This document shows, one piece after another, positions 14,901-30,700 of a DNA stretch of 64,000 bases. Within the stretch, counting starts at the first letter, position 1, and the number at the start of each line of letters is the position of its first letter. The notes under the pieces were generated by a model that made no database searches, had not been told where the DNA came from, and saw nothing but the letters and a program-made list of their open reading frames with translations. The stretch is from Tubiluchus corallicola (taxonomy: Eukaryota; Animalia; Priapulida), in NCBI GenBank assembly GCA_030141605.1, contig JAQGDQ010000159.1, positions 310,001 to 374,000 of the forward strand, read 5' to 3'. Made by a program: the position numbers and the translations under genes.

Positions 14901-15353
14901 AAGGATTGAGATTTAAATCAAATGTAGCCCGTATTAAAATCCCAATATTTCCTCGTCTTTATTTTTCATTTTGTCAGTTGTCACACGGTACGCACTTGAT
15001 TTATTTAGTTCAAAGAATTATAGGCTTAAATATGCGTAATTATAGGCTTAAATAAAACACTATTGCAATACACACAAGACGCGAAAAAAGTGAATAACCA
15101 AATCTTTACCTTCTACTGATTGAAATACTTCATCCGGATGTAAAATCCACCAGTTTTGAGGATTGGTAACAATACTAAGCCGTATAGCAATGTTCAACGC
15201 AACAACAGCCCACACAATTACAAGACCTTTACCAAAAAGCTGAATTTCTTCAATCAAAAGCCCGCCATTGAGGACTCCTGATGGGCAATTGCTCGAAGTG
15301 GATACCGTGGTGCAGTAACTAGGACTGAACTTTGGTTTTTTCCTCTTCATCAT
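11909..15353 (-). CDS. Divergent GPI mannosyltransferase 3 (PIG-B)/ALG9-family GT22 glycosyltransferase, about 739 aa; exons 15353-15110, 14519-14320, 13684-11909
   Basis: The spliced product has HPDEVFQSVE|VAHSELYGYGYRAYEF (cf. PIG-B PDEYWQSLEV.H...FGYGYLTWEW), MRSFLHP, HTITNS, QWFKFNV and HKEYRFI (cf. HKEFRFI), plus many TM segments. Introns are GT-AG with consistent phases (1, 0). Confidence 0.85.
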
Positions 15354-17529
15354 GCAAGATTTTATCTGCGTTAGATTTTTCTAAAACATAGATGACAATT
15401 CCTTGTAAAACCTAGAGATGCAATGAGATAACAGTAACATCAACAGCAGCGTAAGCGTTGTAACAAAGGGCACTGCTACTTTCTTCACTTTAATGATATT
15501 TCGCCGTTAAACCATAATCAATGGTCAATGAAGAAAGTATAGCATGATTTTTGCTTTCAATGCTTGTGTTGTTGTTATGTTAAGACTTCTATTTCCATAA
15601 GAGATCAGATCCATCAGAAGAAACACCAAAGTTTAGTTCAAACGGAAATATGTTTTACTGTTGTTCCTTTGCCATTAACGTTTTCTTGTACGACAGAAAA
15701 GGTTGAATGAATTTTTTTGCAAATAAAATATAAATGCAAGTAAATAAAAATATATGTGCAAACAAATTTGTATAAATTCATATACGAACGATTTTAAATT
15801 GTAGATGATTTATAACTGATTGCGCGCAGTTAATTCTGTTTAGGATTAGTGACAATTTTGCTTTTTAGTGACAATTTACAAAGTTGAGCGCTTTTTTTAA
15901 TTGCACAGTGCACACAATAAATACATTTTGTTAATAGAACTTAGTACATTCTACCATAAGTATAATTATAAACAAAGTGAAGTCTGAGTCCAGCAAACAG
16001 ATTTTCAGAAGCCGAAATGAAAACTCCGAAGAACTGAAACACGCGCCGAATTGATTAATTTCCAAATGCTAAGTGCAGGTAAAATGGATTACACAGAATT
16101 TATGTCCTCAATTTTAGTGACTTGGAGACCTAAAATCCACCCAGAGGTGATGCTGAGGAAAGGTTGTATGCAGCATTAAACGCTACGTAGCTTAAAATAC
16201 ATTTTCTGACGTGTTCCACAACTCACTGTTTTGTATTGCCTTGTAAACACAGTTTTCGATACAATAACAAATCCGGCATTGAAGATATAATCTGTACACC
16301 TTTTATGCACCTACATAATAAATTTAATATGACATATAGTAGATACACCACTGAATACACACAATAGAGAGACTTGTCTTGGTCATACATTCTGTCAGCA
16401 TCTGTGGTCATACTGAAAGGCGGTTTACCTGATTAGAGCAAGAAGGCTGGTCTGTAACAATATCACTGTGAACCATTCAAAGCTAAATTTGTTACCCCAG
16501 GCAGTCAAACAAGTTTGTAGTAAAAGCAAATACAGAGATGTAATGGGATTTTTGGAAATTTGGAATGAACTTGGAGCAACTAGACCAAATCACTTTCACT
16601 GTACATTTGGCTAGCGTGTAGCGGTTTTCTTGTTTGAAGGTGCCGTTAATAATAATAATTAATCTATTTCATTGCAATTTTACCTAAAACGATTATAGCC
16701 GACAGATTTACTGGAAGAAATTAGGTTTTCCATTAAAAAGATCAAACCCAGAGCTTTCTGATTGTTGGTTGGAAGCGATTGTGCAACCGAACTGGCTCTC
16801 TCAAATATAACCCTTTCTTCTCTTTTTATCAATCTAATAAATCATCCAGGTACTGGTGATATTAAAATCCATTAGACTTCTCGGCACGCTAGACAAATCA
16901 CATCTATTTAATATTTTAATAAATTTAAATTCTCACAAAAGGCGTTATGTTCCAGTTTGGTGACTAATTTTGTCATGTTCAGACATAAAAGAGCTACATA
17001 ATAGCAATAAAATAAGAATTTAAACTAGAATGAGAAAATGAATAATGGAGAAGAATAAGAACGTGTCACAGAATAAGGGTGATTTTTGAATTGTGAGCTT
17101 TTTATGTCCATTCCAGAACAGGTTAGGTGCGGAAGTGGCAAAAGAGCGCACACAAATAAATAATGACAAACCTCACTCCGGAATATATAGCTGTGTGGTC
17201 ACGATATGTGTTTAGCCTTCGTGAATACTAAGCCACGCCAAACATATTCAGTAAATGAACGGATGACAGCCAAGAAAACTAGGGTTTCACTTGCAATTTT
17301 GTCTTCGTTTGTTTACTTCGATGAGTATAAATTCCCTTCGTAGAGATGGCTCTGCTACTTCTGTGACTCATCTTGCAGAATTATTCTTAATTGTTCTAAA
17401 AATAATATCTTGAAATAACTTGTTAGGTTTTGGTTCCGTCACAAGTTCACAACCATCTACATTAAGTAAGCTTTGCCAATGAATTTAGTGTGCCGAACTA
17501 TAAAAAACTATTAAAGAGGGCAAGAGGGC

Positions 17530-17960
<431 letters not shown>

Positions 17961-18496
17961 AAACTGCAAACCTTAAGTAAAATAACATTTCAGTTACTGT
18001 AGTAATAAAAACGATACAAGCGATTACAGTACTGTTAGGCTAACAAAGCTTGAAACGCCAAGTTTAATATTAGTCAACTAACGAGTTTATGGTACGTTTA
18101 TAATAAACAAAACAAAAGGGTTTCAAAATCAGTAAAAGCATTAAAGAACAGTTCTCGTAAACATATTAATGACGTATCAAAAATCTATAAATTCTGCAAC
18201 TAATTAGTTATAACCGTAAGCTAAATTAAACAATTATCACTGATGACAAAAGATTATAACATCATCGTGCACCTTAATATAATGCTTGGCCTACAGCAAT
18301 GCACTAATGAGGAATTAAGTATAGAATCTTCGTGCCTGCCTGGGGTACATTTATCCTCTCTCGAATAACATCATTCTTTAAGACACATTACGCATATGAT
18401 GGTGCTAGACGACAGTGCTAAGCGTTTATTGCTAAGAAGCACACAATTTTTGACCTTAAACATAAATAGATTAAGAAAAGGTATCATACTTTTGCA

Positions 18497-21400
18497 ATGT
18501 TGCTAAATAAAAACTTTATACTGCTTTTCTCTCTTTGTCTGGCCAGGGTTAAATGCCAGCAAGAGCATCAGTCAACTGGAAGTGACCGAGCTCGAAGCGA
18601 AAAAAAAGATAAAGGTGGCGGTCAGAAAACTACCCAAAAAATACTTTCGAATCAGGACGTTATGGGCTTGGTGATAGAACATGGCGGCGGAGAGGACCTG
18701 GAGTTATCGGGACAGAATGGTACCGTCATTAACATCCGCATGGGGCTGTTGACGTCTTGGATGGCGGCGTTGGAAGACTTCAGTGGTCCAACAAGCGCTA
18801 GCGCTGTCTCTGTCGCCATTGAAAAGATTCACTCGGACATTACCCTAGGAACTAAATTTCGATTCAGGTAAGAACAAAAAGCTTTGAGTGTTGAAAATTT
18901 CATTCAGTGAGGAAATATTGTTGCGATTTATGAACGAGAATGATTTCATTATAAGATGACTTCTGTGAAGATTACTTCTAACTTTACTTAATTCTTGACC
19001 GCTGACTGTTAACATTTGAGTTAGTAGCTAAAAAAGCTGTAACAGCCCAGCCTCACAGAAATTTGTTGTCATTGGTTTTGTTTTAATAATGTTTAATTGT
19101 TTAAACATAGCTACTTTTTATGGTCACTTTTCTTAGAGGTAGCAACATTGTTGACGTTTCATTCAAGTATCAATGTTCCTTATCTGTCCCTCATTTCTTT
19201 TCGTTCCAGTGTGATTACAAGAGATACAAGCTGCACGCTGGGTATAGCTGCCGGAAATACCGTCCGGATGTTTTTTGACGACCGTGTTGACGTAATCATT
19301 GGACCTGCCTGTTCTGCATGTAAAACTTTATTTTTGTGCAATAATAGTTATGAATATGTATCTTAAAAAACACAAACAATGATAGAAAAACGTAGTAAAA
19401 AATCCGTGTAATTATGACATTATGACAAAGTTATTAATTTAAGCTATTACATGTATAAGGTCTATTATTGAATTGATCGTTTAGATCTATTTTAATATTC
19501 GGTGTTTAATTTATACAATCATGCTTTATAAATTAATTTATCATTATCGTCAGCATCGGCGTCGTCACTTGTGACCACCTCGTCACTGAAAGACGTCATC
19601 AAATGTTGTTAACTGTTGACTGGAACTCTTAGTAGTAAACATTTTGTACATTGACTTTCAGGTCTTGGAAATAAGCAAAACTCAGCTGACTGCAAGTTTA
19701 GAAAAAGAAAACATTTTAACCAGTCGGGTTTGACAAAATTCGTTTCATTTATTTTTGTTTCAGCTGCTAAACCCGCTGCTCAACTTGCGTCTTTCTGGAA
19801 CATTCCCATCGTATCCTGGGTAGCAGCAGACCCGACTTTCGCCGACAAGAAAATATATACGACTTTTGTCCGGTCATTCGGGCCTTTTGACCAGTTGGGC
19901 TTTGCCATTAAAGACCTGTTTGACTTTTATGGTTGGAATAGAATTGCAATGATCTCTTCAAATTGGTTGCTTTGGGATGATGCAGCCAGAGCCATTGAAC
20001 TTGGTATTGTTAATTACTAATCAAAGAAGACAGTTTGCTTAATTAAGAAGCCAGCTTGCTTATTTTTAAGTTTATGTTATTGATGTCTTGAAGAATTACA
20101 AGTTAGAAATTTATGAAAGCTCAGAGCCTGGAAATTGAACTTTGGAATTTCTGATTGTCAAAATGTGTTAGTTCTGTTTGTCTGGAGGTCTGCAACTAAC
20201 TCTCCAAACCTAACATTAATTATGAAAGTTGGATGCAGTAATCCAGTACTGCAGTAACTCTAATATTGCTTCACTAGCTCGTTGTATTAAGAGATTGATT
20301 TTCATTTTCCCGAAATAAATTCTTCAATTCTTCATTTTTAAATGACATGGAGTTGTAGAAATGTCTTTACGCTTTTCTGAACAGTTTTGAATGACAACAA
20401 CTTCACTTTGCCTGTTCACGTTGAACTTGACGATAATGAAATCACAATTGAAAACATCGACAAAGCATTGGAAAAAATGAAGAAAACGGCTAGAAGTAAG
20501 TAATTCGCTTTTTTTAAATTAATTGTATCAATGGATAAATTCTCTACGTTCTTAGTACCTACTCTGGAAAACATGTTTTTTTGGTTGAATGTCAACTGTT
20601 GTACCTTGGTGCTGTCAAAGATGCAGCAAATACATTTTCTTTACTAAAATAATTTAACCCCTCCCTAGGTACTATATTAACAGAATAAAAGGGCCAACAG
20701 ATTGGAATGGGCTGTATACATGTATATTAGAATAAGTGTGAAATAAATGTTTGCTGCGACTCTTTCACACGTTTCCTAGAAGTTTTGTACAATTACTAGA
20801 CTTATATAAAATGCCTTTGACTATAAAAGTGACTTTGACAATGTGTAAAATGAACATTGAGTTGAATTGAATTTTCATAGTTGTTTTGCAATTGTATGGA
20901 ACGCATAAAAGAACTTAGCTGATGTACTAAGCCAAGCAAGGAATTAAATAATTTATGGAATGACTTAAATGGTTTATTAGCTGTGGGTTCAACGTCGCCA
21001 TCTCTGACATACTGCTTAATCAGGTGGATGGCTATGTTTGATGGCTATTAAGAGATAAACTTTTCTTTGCCTTTTTAATTTAATTTAATGTTATACTAAA
21101 TCGCATTTTCATTTTATAAATTACTACCCCTAGTAGCTAGGTCACTTGGGTGGGTACACGAGTATTGCATCGTATAGAAAACTCTTCACATTTAAGTTGG
21201 CTACGTACCTACCTACCTATCTGTCTATTTATCAGTGAACTGATTGAACTCAAATTACACATTCCCTAAAATAAATTGTCATTATACAAAATCTTGAGGA
21301 AAATTATATCTAAACAATTGAATATTTATTTTTTTAGATTAACTACGATTTAATCAGCATTCTATAAAATGCCCAGAAAAAGCATATGCAAAATCCAAGA

Positions 21401-21692
21401 ATTACACACTTTACTTAGAAAAACTTTTGCATTATATATAATACCTAAGGAAAGTCTAGAAGAAACTATTTTGGACACTTTACTTGTTTGTGCATTCTAT
21501 CAAATGCTTAGACATTCTTTAGAATACCCGACTTCACACTTTACCTATAACATATATAGGCTGCCTGCAGATCTTAATAGCGGGTTTAAAAATTTTAAGT
21601 GTAGAAAGTTGAAAATTGTTAACAAAATTTATGAAGGTGTTTATGCGATGTTGTAATCCTATGCACAGTGCACAATATAAATAAATAAATAA

Positions 21693-21758
<66 letters not shown>

Positions 21759-24700
21759 TATTATTAAGTAAATAAATGAAACTGAATAAATCGAGTGCTT
21801 AGTATGTCATACAACATTTCGGTAAAAAATGTATATTAATATCGCTACATCATGACCGCTAGTTATATAAGTTGGCCAGTCAATTCTTCATGTACAGAGT
21901 GAATCATGTCATGAATAAAAAGTAAATAGAAACTAATGACAGTCTGTCTAAAACAGCGGCCTATTTCACAACTGACGTAAATTTGTTCATTAACTTCTGT
22001 AAACAGTGGGTGGCGCCCAGATTAATACAAAGCACAGATTTAGATGAAGCGCTTGCGTATTGGGCCAGTGTTCCCTGAGAATGCATTTAAATCTGTGATA
22101 CAAAGGCGTATACTGGTAACACAATACGAACGATTTATAAATTTTCTGTATGAACACTAAGCTATTAAAAGGCAATACGAACAATATTGGAAGCAAACGC
22201 TTTTCCTCAACACTATTTTTTCAAACGTGAAAAAGAACCTTTCACACAACCACTACTCAACGGACATTTTTTTATTATAGTTATCATGGTCATACTTCCA
22301 AAAGAGGCTCGTCGACAGTTTTTGCTTAAAGCGTTTGACAAAGGAATGACCAACGGAGATTACGTGTATTACACCCTAGAGATGATACCAGATGATGATA
22401 TCATTGAAGCATCTGAGACGTGGTGGGCACCAGACAATAGAAATGATGATGCTAGAAGAGCGTTTGAATCTGTTTTTCATGTGAGTGTGCGATGTCTATA
22501 CATGTTGAATGAAAGCATGAAGTAAATTTTCAAGTCTTTTAAAAATATTTTCTGTTTGAAGATGTCTGTATTGCTGCCACAAACCACAATGAGTGTAACA
22601 GCGAAATAAGGGAACTAAACTAATTAGTTAAAAATATAATTGCAAAACGCTGATTTCACAATGTTCATCTGTTGTAAGCAAAATACATATTTGCCTGATA
22701 CGGATGTGCTTGCTTACTTGCAGATAGTTAAGCAGTACTAAGCCTGATCAGTAAATGCATCGCACTGGCGAAAAGTGTTTCTGGATAATATCGTGTGCCG
22801 CATTGCCTTCAGTTATAAAATTGCCTGAAGGAGAATGCATATGCTTTCAAACGTGCTTAACGACAAGTCTACAGTGTCTAACTTTAGATGATTATTTTTG
22901 ATAATGAGCAGATTCCGGTCCCGCCACAATTATTCAATATTAGCAGTAACGCTACTGTTGAGTGCTGGAGACTAACGTACAATGTGTCGGTCTGTATAAA
23001 AATTGTCTCATGTACATAACAAGCCGTTAAGAGATATAATTCGCTTGATAGAAAAGCAATATAAACTTTGACATGCTAAAAAAGCTAGACTTCGATTGGT
23101 ACATCTAGTGCTCCAACTAAACAACAAGATGCGTGGTAAACAAAGAAGTGTCGTAAAATCACGAAAAAAAACAAGAAAAATACGTGCTTGTGTTCTGCTG
23201 TTAGGTAGACCGTTTACATCAAACTTTTGATTTTAGATTAGTGAAACGGATGCTGAGCTGCATAGCAAAATTTACTTATTTTCAGGTAAGTTTGGCAGCT
23301 TTGTCAGGTGGACAGGTAAATCAATTCCGAGTTGAAGTTGCATCAAGAATGAGAAAAGTTCCATGGAAAATCTACATGCCAGATGACACAGTGGAAAATA
23401 GTATTGTAAGTTCAACGTCTTGACCTCTTACACATATTGTAGGCCTAAACATCGTGATTTGTGAAGATTTTAGAGATGTATGTTCGAAGCAGAAATTGTA
23501 CAGTTTTACATATGTTTACAAGAAGGGGTTTGAAATTAATTTTGTGCTAGAAACGGAATCTCAAGTCGGACGAGATTACTAGATGAAGTGTGTGCGAATG
23601 GTTACTTAGTTAAATAATATCAAACCTGGATAGAAAAATGATTGGTGACAGTCAGGATCATAGCTTTCGGGCTGTTTCAACAGTCCTACAGTCCCTGCCA
23701 AAGTATTTATCTCACACCCTTATGTAACTCTCTGACTTCTCTTGTTCTTTAGTATCTCACCCTAGTTGATTATTGTTTATATTAACTAGGCTTTGAGCTA
23801 GACTCTGGTCCCGAAACAATCGTCTACACTGAGTAGGCCCTGTCCTTAGGTTCCACACAAGTATGGAACGCCAAAGCACAATTTAATGCTTATTTCTGAA
23901 TATTATTAAATCAATTTTAATGTTCATAAATTATTTTTAAAGTAATAAGTCAACTTCAAATATTTATAACTCATTTATCGATATTAATAAATATTTTTTC
24001 AATATTAGTAAATCAATTTTAAATGCTCAAAAATCATTTATAAATATTAATAAATTAATTTTGAATATTCATACTTCATTTATTGTTTTAGTAATTATTT
24101 ATATTGCATTTATTAATATTAAAAATGAACTACGAATGTTCAAAATTGATTTATTAATATTCATAAAACATTTATTGTTATTAAAAGTTTTACCTACTCT
24201 GGCATTCCATAAAACAGGAGCGTGATGCAGCTGGATAGCGGCGATTTTTGCAAACTTGCATCAGTTGTTTAACAAACGAGCACATTAGTTAAATTTGCTA
24301 ATGTAGTCGCTTGTTAAAAAACTGCCACATTAAGTCCAAGTCAGTTTTTACACATATTTTCATCGTCTAGGGTGATAAATTTTCTCCTTATCTTCACGAC
24401 GCCGTTATTCTTTATGCCCTGGCTCTGAACAAAACCCTTAGTCAGGGAAAGGATTATCGCAACGGGACAGCTATTGCAGAAAATGCCAGGAATTATTATT
24501 TTAAAGGTAACTCATACTTCATGATAAAATATCTTAATAACCCCTTACCAAAGTTTAATTTGGTATTTTAGGCTCTTTTTCAAATTTCTTTTCAAGATTG
24601 CGTACTTTTACAATCTTGACTCCAATCCAGAAATTCTGACTTTGAATGTAATACATATGCGAATGATATAAAATCGTTTATCTAATACTAACTGGTCACC

Positions 24701-27700
24701 ACCCTATATTACATGATTACTTTTTGCTGCAAATTGCCACTTTAATTCTTAAAATGTATTAAATATTATCCTGCTAATTCAATTTTGTTTTCTGAGAATT
24801 CATTTAACTTATTGCAATTACATTCAACTTGTAGGTGTTCTTTAAGCAACATGATCGTTTTTATTTTTCACTTGTATTTGGCAATTTTGGTCCAGTGCAT
24901 AATATACTAGCCAAGTTGCATGTATCATTTTGTAAGTGTCATTATGCACGTTCGTCACTAAATTAAGTTTTTTGTTCAAAAGTCGAAATTCGAAAAATAG
25001 TTATTAAATACTTTAACAGGGATGACGGGAAATGTTGCTATGAATAACCAGGCTGATCGGCTTTCCAATTACTGGATCACAGACATGACTCCAGACGGAG
25101 TATTTACTCGAATTGCTGAATTAACAAATTCCGAAGGAGGACAACGCGTAAGTATCATCAAAACCAAAAGAACTATCATACAACTGCAGACAGTAATTGT
25201 TTGTATGATCCGGGGAAACTGGAATTTGATATTTAGTGTTTTAAATATACACTCGGAGGGTAGTAATGTTGAAATCAAATAACAAAGCCAGGCAGTAGCT
25301 ACCCCATGATGAATGCACACACTTCCGTAGGTTTTTTGTCTGAAGTTTAAGCGTATTTCGCAGACGCCTGTTCCCTTAACAATCCTAATCACAGATCTTA
25401 TAAAAAGTTCTACGATCATTATTGCCCTTTGCGACTTTATTTTTATTGTAAGTATTTTGTACTGTAATAATAACTGGTGAGTATTTGTGTGTGCAAAACA
25501 TGATGAATTTTTAGCTCCATAAAGATCCACGACAGGTGCAAAAAGCAACAGAAGAATCCCGACGGGTGAGTTAATCACAACAAATCGTTTATGAAATAGG
25601 CCTACATGCAGTAGAGTCAGTTAAGTTCCAAATTTGGCAAAACTGTGGCAAATCACCAAAGTGACATCAAATTACCCTATAAGTCTCTCAGGTTTAGTAA
25701 CTCTGTAGCTCTAAACAATTGTAGGGTCATTTAAGCTAGGGTTTTTTTCTTTAATCATTGTGGGATTAACTAGCGTTGTAGTTTGCCTGTATGGTAAAGC
25801 AAAAAATGTCAACAATATCTTTTCAGTAAAAGTTGCAATAATGATAACGGCAAGAACAAAATTTCAGATTTTATGCTGCATGTTAATTAATCCCTATTTC
25901 TGAATTGTCTGTAGTAGAAAAGGCAGCACTAACGGTCATTTTGCATTTCTTATAATTGCAGAATTGTAAATACATGCGTGTAAAAGACAGGTTGGAAACC
26001 GATTATGAAGTATTGTCTCATTCGCAGGACAAAAATTGACGATACGTTTTTCAATGAAAATGGTAGGGTGCTGAACGACTAGACATTGCATATTTGTCCT
26101 AGGACCACATTTTCGTCGACGTAAAACAATAGGCAGCTTGTTCGTAAATCTTTGTATGTTCTTCCAAGGCATACATACAAAAATTTAAATTTAGGTTTAC
26201 GTGCCAGAAAATAAAGAAAAGGTGAAAAATTGGAACAGAATCAGGAACCAAGACCAGCAACTTAAATCACTACACCACTTGGTTTCTTGAGATCAAGACA
26301 ATTAAATTACAGTGTCTTCTTATTGCAAACCACAATGACTATCCTTGCTGTATTTCCTTGTGTTTTGTCACGCTATAGTAATTATTAATTAGTCAAGTAA
26401 TTTCTTTGAGCTTAGCGTTCACCTAATCTGTGGAAAAGTAATTAATTGTACGATTAATGGCACTAAACCATCAAAAAATAATAACATTTGAAGCTTTGAT
26501 TAAGGGGTTATCTTAAAATTTGGTGCTTTCAGTGATTTGTCACAATTTTTGTTAACTGACACTACTAAATAATTAGAAGTCCAGCAAGCCGCGACCCATT
26601 TTGAAACACCGAAACTTTTTGCGTATCTGTTCTGTTGAAAATTCTTAATCTTACAAGTGTTTACAGTTCTCAAGATTTGCCAATTGCAATAAAAACTTTT
26701 GATTACCAGCATCAATTAAAAATCAACATCATCAAATTGAACATACATGTTAGTGTGCTACAGTCACTAATTTCAATATAAGGGCAGCACACATTTCTCA
26801 ATATTGAATTTCGTCAAATTACCAGGTTTAAGGCCTGAATTTGTAAACTGGCTGCTTTTTGTCCAGAGAGAAGGACCTGGAGCTACTTAAGTTTAGATTA
26901 GTTTTGTTTTACTGTTTTCTTTACCAATTGTTAAAATATTTAAAATATATGGGGTGTCAGAAAAAATGTAGCAAAGTTTAGACTACAGTTATAAGCAAGT
27001 ACATTAAAAAGTTGAAATCTCAGAGCACAACACAACACATTAGCTTTTGGGTGTGAAAGTTATAGGTTTGTGGCTTTAGTGGTTTTCAAGTTATGGCCGA
27101 AAAATGTTTGTATATTAAAAATTTAAATGCCGGAACAAAATTCGCAAAATCAACAATTGAAAAGTAGTCGCGCTGAGTATAAAAAACTTAATATATGCCA
27201 GCAACCCAACAAAGAAATCAAATCAAACAATCTACATCATCACCAGCACTGATAAAAATTTGTGATCTATAAAAAATGGAACCTAATCCTCTTGACAAAA
27301 GTATGTGGAATTCCTTTAAAGAGAAAATGTAGGACGGTCGCAAGGAGCCTTTTGATGCAGAGGAACTAAAGGCGAAAATTTTTGAGTGCTGCGGCCAAAT
27401 ACCCCTTAAAGGAACTGTGTCAGATGTTTGAAGAGACGTCTTCGTCTACTTTGCATTGAAAATGGTGGACACATAGAGCACTTGTTATAAAATTTAATAA
27501 CACACACACATTTTTTTCAGTAGTTTTGGAAAAATCTAAAGGAATGACTTAAAATACACGGACTTTATACATAAGCGCGTGTAACATCAATGTGGTAATT
27601 CTGAAGCGATTTCGTTATTTTCTTCTTATAATGTCGTGATCAAAACTTTTTGCGCTACCCGATATAAAACATGCAAAATTGGTTAAATGCACGTACGCTT

Positions 27701-30700
27701 TTATATTGAATATATCATGAAAATGTCATGCGTCAAATGATAACGTCTTTGTTATGTCGCATATCAGTATTATGTATGGTTATTTATATTTTATCATATC
27801 TTGTGTTTACGTTTGTGTTTTTTGCGTATATGGTTACATATACTATCTATTTTGCTATGATCATACTGTTTAGTATTCTTTAATATTTTCTATTTTCGCT
27901 TCCCCTTTAAATAAAGTGTAATAAAATGACAGTGATTCTTATGTAATTCCGCCCCTCTATTTGCCGTTCTAATAGTGGCAAAAAAGGGGAAAATTTAAAA
28001 ATATTATCTTTAGAAAATAGTGTTGTACATATTTCTGATGCACCAGAATCATGCAGAAGTCAGCATATTTTGCATTTGAATATACTCCATAAAGAACACC
28101 GAGTACTCCAGTAGGCAGGTAAAACACAAAACAAACAAAAAGTGCCTGGTTTATCAGGACTAATAAAATATACACGTGTGAGTTTATCCTTTTGTGCTAA
28201 AAATAAGAATTTTTTGCAGGTTTTTAGATTCACAGGCGAACCTCGATGGCCTAGTGGTCTGGTTGGTCACATTCACGCTCCACCAGATGTTCCTGTTTGT
28301 GGCTTTGAAAATGAGTTTTGCCCCGAAGTAACAGGCAAGTGCCGTTCTTCTTTTTGTGGGTTGTCTAATATTATCAAGAATCACCCATAATTTCTGTGTT
28401 AATTTCAGTTAGTTTCTGTGTAGCAACAGTTGTGTTTTTAAATTTTTACAAAAACGGAAAAATTTTAGGAATTTTGATGAATGTAAATTTTGCGTAAAGT
28501 GACATTTGGACTAAAATCGCTAATGTATCGAATGTGGCATTTACCTCGTTCTTCGTGTATATATGTAATTTGATTTAGTCAATAAACTACATACATACAT
28601 AAATCACTACATTTTCACACAACACAACAATATTTAGTATTCATGGGTTCGATTACCGCTGTTGGTGGAGAGTCTTGCAAATTCGATACCATTCTGACAG
28701 ATTTTTTGTGGGTTCACTTAGCCTCAATTAGTATCCATTACCAAATGAGAAGTCCGACGAGACTTACCAACTAGACGCCACTGATGTCGCCTATTCAGTG
28801 CTTTCCCGTAGTCGTTGATTTCTGAATATGCTAAAAGACGTAGCTAAACAAATCTTATTTAATTAGTAATGTTCCTTCTTTCAAAACAGCTAGCTTTACA
28901 ATAGGTTTAATTTTCGAAATCTGAATTTTATAATAATAAGAAATTTGCCTTTCAAAGTTCGCCAAATCTGTATGGATGTTGTCAATAACAACTAGAATCG
29001 CCCTGAGTTATCAAAGTGGCTCAGCGTAAGGAAAAATTTTTTAAAACGTCTCATTAGACCCGGTATTCAAATACTTTTACTCCCAATATAGATGAACTTG
29101 AGTGGAATCACTTTGTAACGCAAAATGCTAATCTGAAACGTTCTAAAACTTTTCTTTTTCCAGCAACGCTTTACATCATCCTTGGGGTTATATTCTCTAG
29201 CATCTTTTTGACTGGATTTGTCATCTTAGTCTGTTGGTTATACAGGTAAGTTGCTTTGACTAATATATATAGCAGGCCATGAACGTTATGATGAAGTTGA
29301 TGACTGTCATTTGTTTCAATGCTACAAATTGATTTATATTTAGCGCGTTCTGAGCAGTAGTCTTTCATCTTTTCATCTCTTCATTATTCCACCACCCTTC
29401 CCACGACATGTTCACGTTTTCATTACCTTTCAGACCTGCTCCTCTTTCATCTATGCACCTCCTGCACTTCCGTCATTCCATATTGCCTGTTAGGCGTGAA
29501 TCTTGTTGATTTGAGCCAAAATTCATAAACTTTTTATGCTGCTCTTTATTATATTTATCGTTGTAATTGTCATTAGGTCATATCTTACTTAAGTTTATTA
29601 CTTCTCTCTATATGAGTAATTTTGTATTATTAGCTTGTGCAATAATAAACGTTATATAGATGATATAGATATGGATGCAATACAATAAATCTGCAAAACA
29701 CAAACAGATGAAATGTATAAAAATAAACATATCCTTCTCGAGGACACTTAAATTTAGAGAAAGAGTGAGAACAGGCAAAAACTAAAAAACGTAAGAAGTC
29801 AAGAAATTTAATAATTGAATTGAAAAACAAAAAAATTATTTCCGAAAAAGGAAGAAAAAATAAATCAGTGGAAAACACGAACTGCAGTATCTTTGAAGGC
29901 AGAAATCATAAAAACAGAAGAAAAATGAAATAAAACCAAAAGTAAAACCCGGTATTTAAAGTAACTACAACGAAATTTTAATTTTTCAAGGCGCAGCCGA
30001 TATGAAGCGCAACTAATGAGTATGGCGTGGAAGATCAACTATGAAGACATTGAAAGACTAGCTACCGGAAGTAAGCACGGAAGTTCCAAGAAAAAAGATG
30101 GAAGCAGGGTAAGCCTTTAAAACGATCATTAGACTGTATTGACGAACTTTCCGTTTTCTACATTGAATAATTGTTTACATAATTTCAACAGCAACTGCAA
30201 CGCTGAACATACAAATTTGTTAACCGCTTTTCGAATAAAAAATGAGAAAAACTTCGTTGTTTTATAGGGAAGTGTAGCAAGTAGTGGCAAAAATAGTGGT
30301 GGTGGCTTAGCTGCAGGTAGCTCAAAAGAATCTGGAAGTCAAACCAAATCAAATCCCACTACAGGAACGGGTGAGACGTGCTGTGCCGGGCTTTGTGATA
30401 GTCTGGCACTTATATAGCTCTTATATTCGAGTTCTTATACCGCTCCGCCGCTCCCTCTTGTACAAGTCATTTTGTTAATAAGTGCGTAAAGATAAACGTA
30501 CAAGTGCATAGAATGCCAACAGTCCAACGCCAACACCCTTTACTATTATAGAATTATTACTAATGTACTTATTATTATCAATTACTATTAGCTATCATTT
30601 AGAGTTTTATGATTTTTAATAAAGAAGAAGAATGGGTTGTTTCAAATTAATTAGGATATTCAGCAAAACTAAATAAAAGTACGCAAAATAAAGTTTGCAA

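Noticed and set aside
28640-28800. Possible tRNA gene or tRNA-derived SINE (GGTTCGATT B-box)
   Set aside because: There is no A-box or cloverleaf and no second copy in the window. At most it is a decayed SINE.
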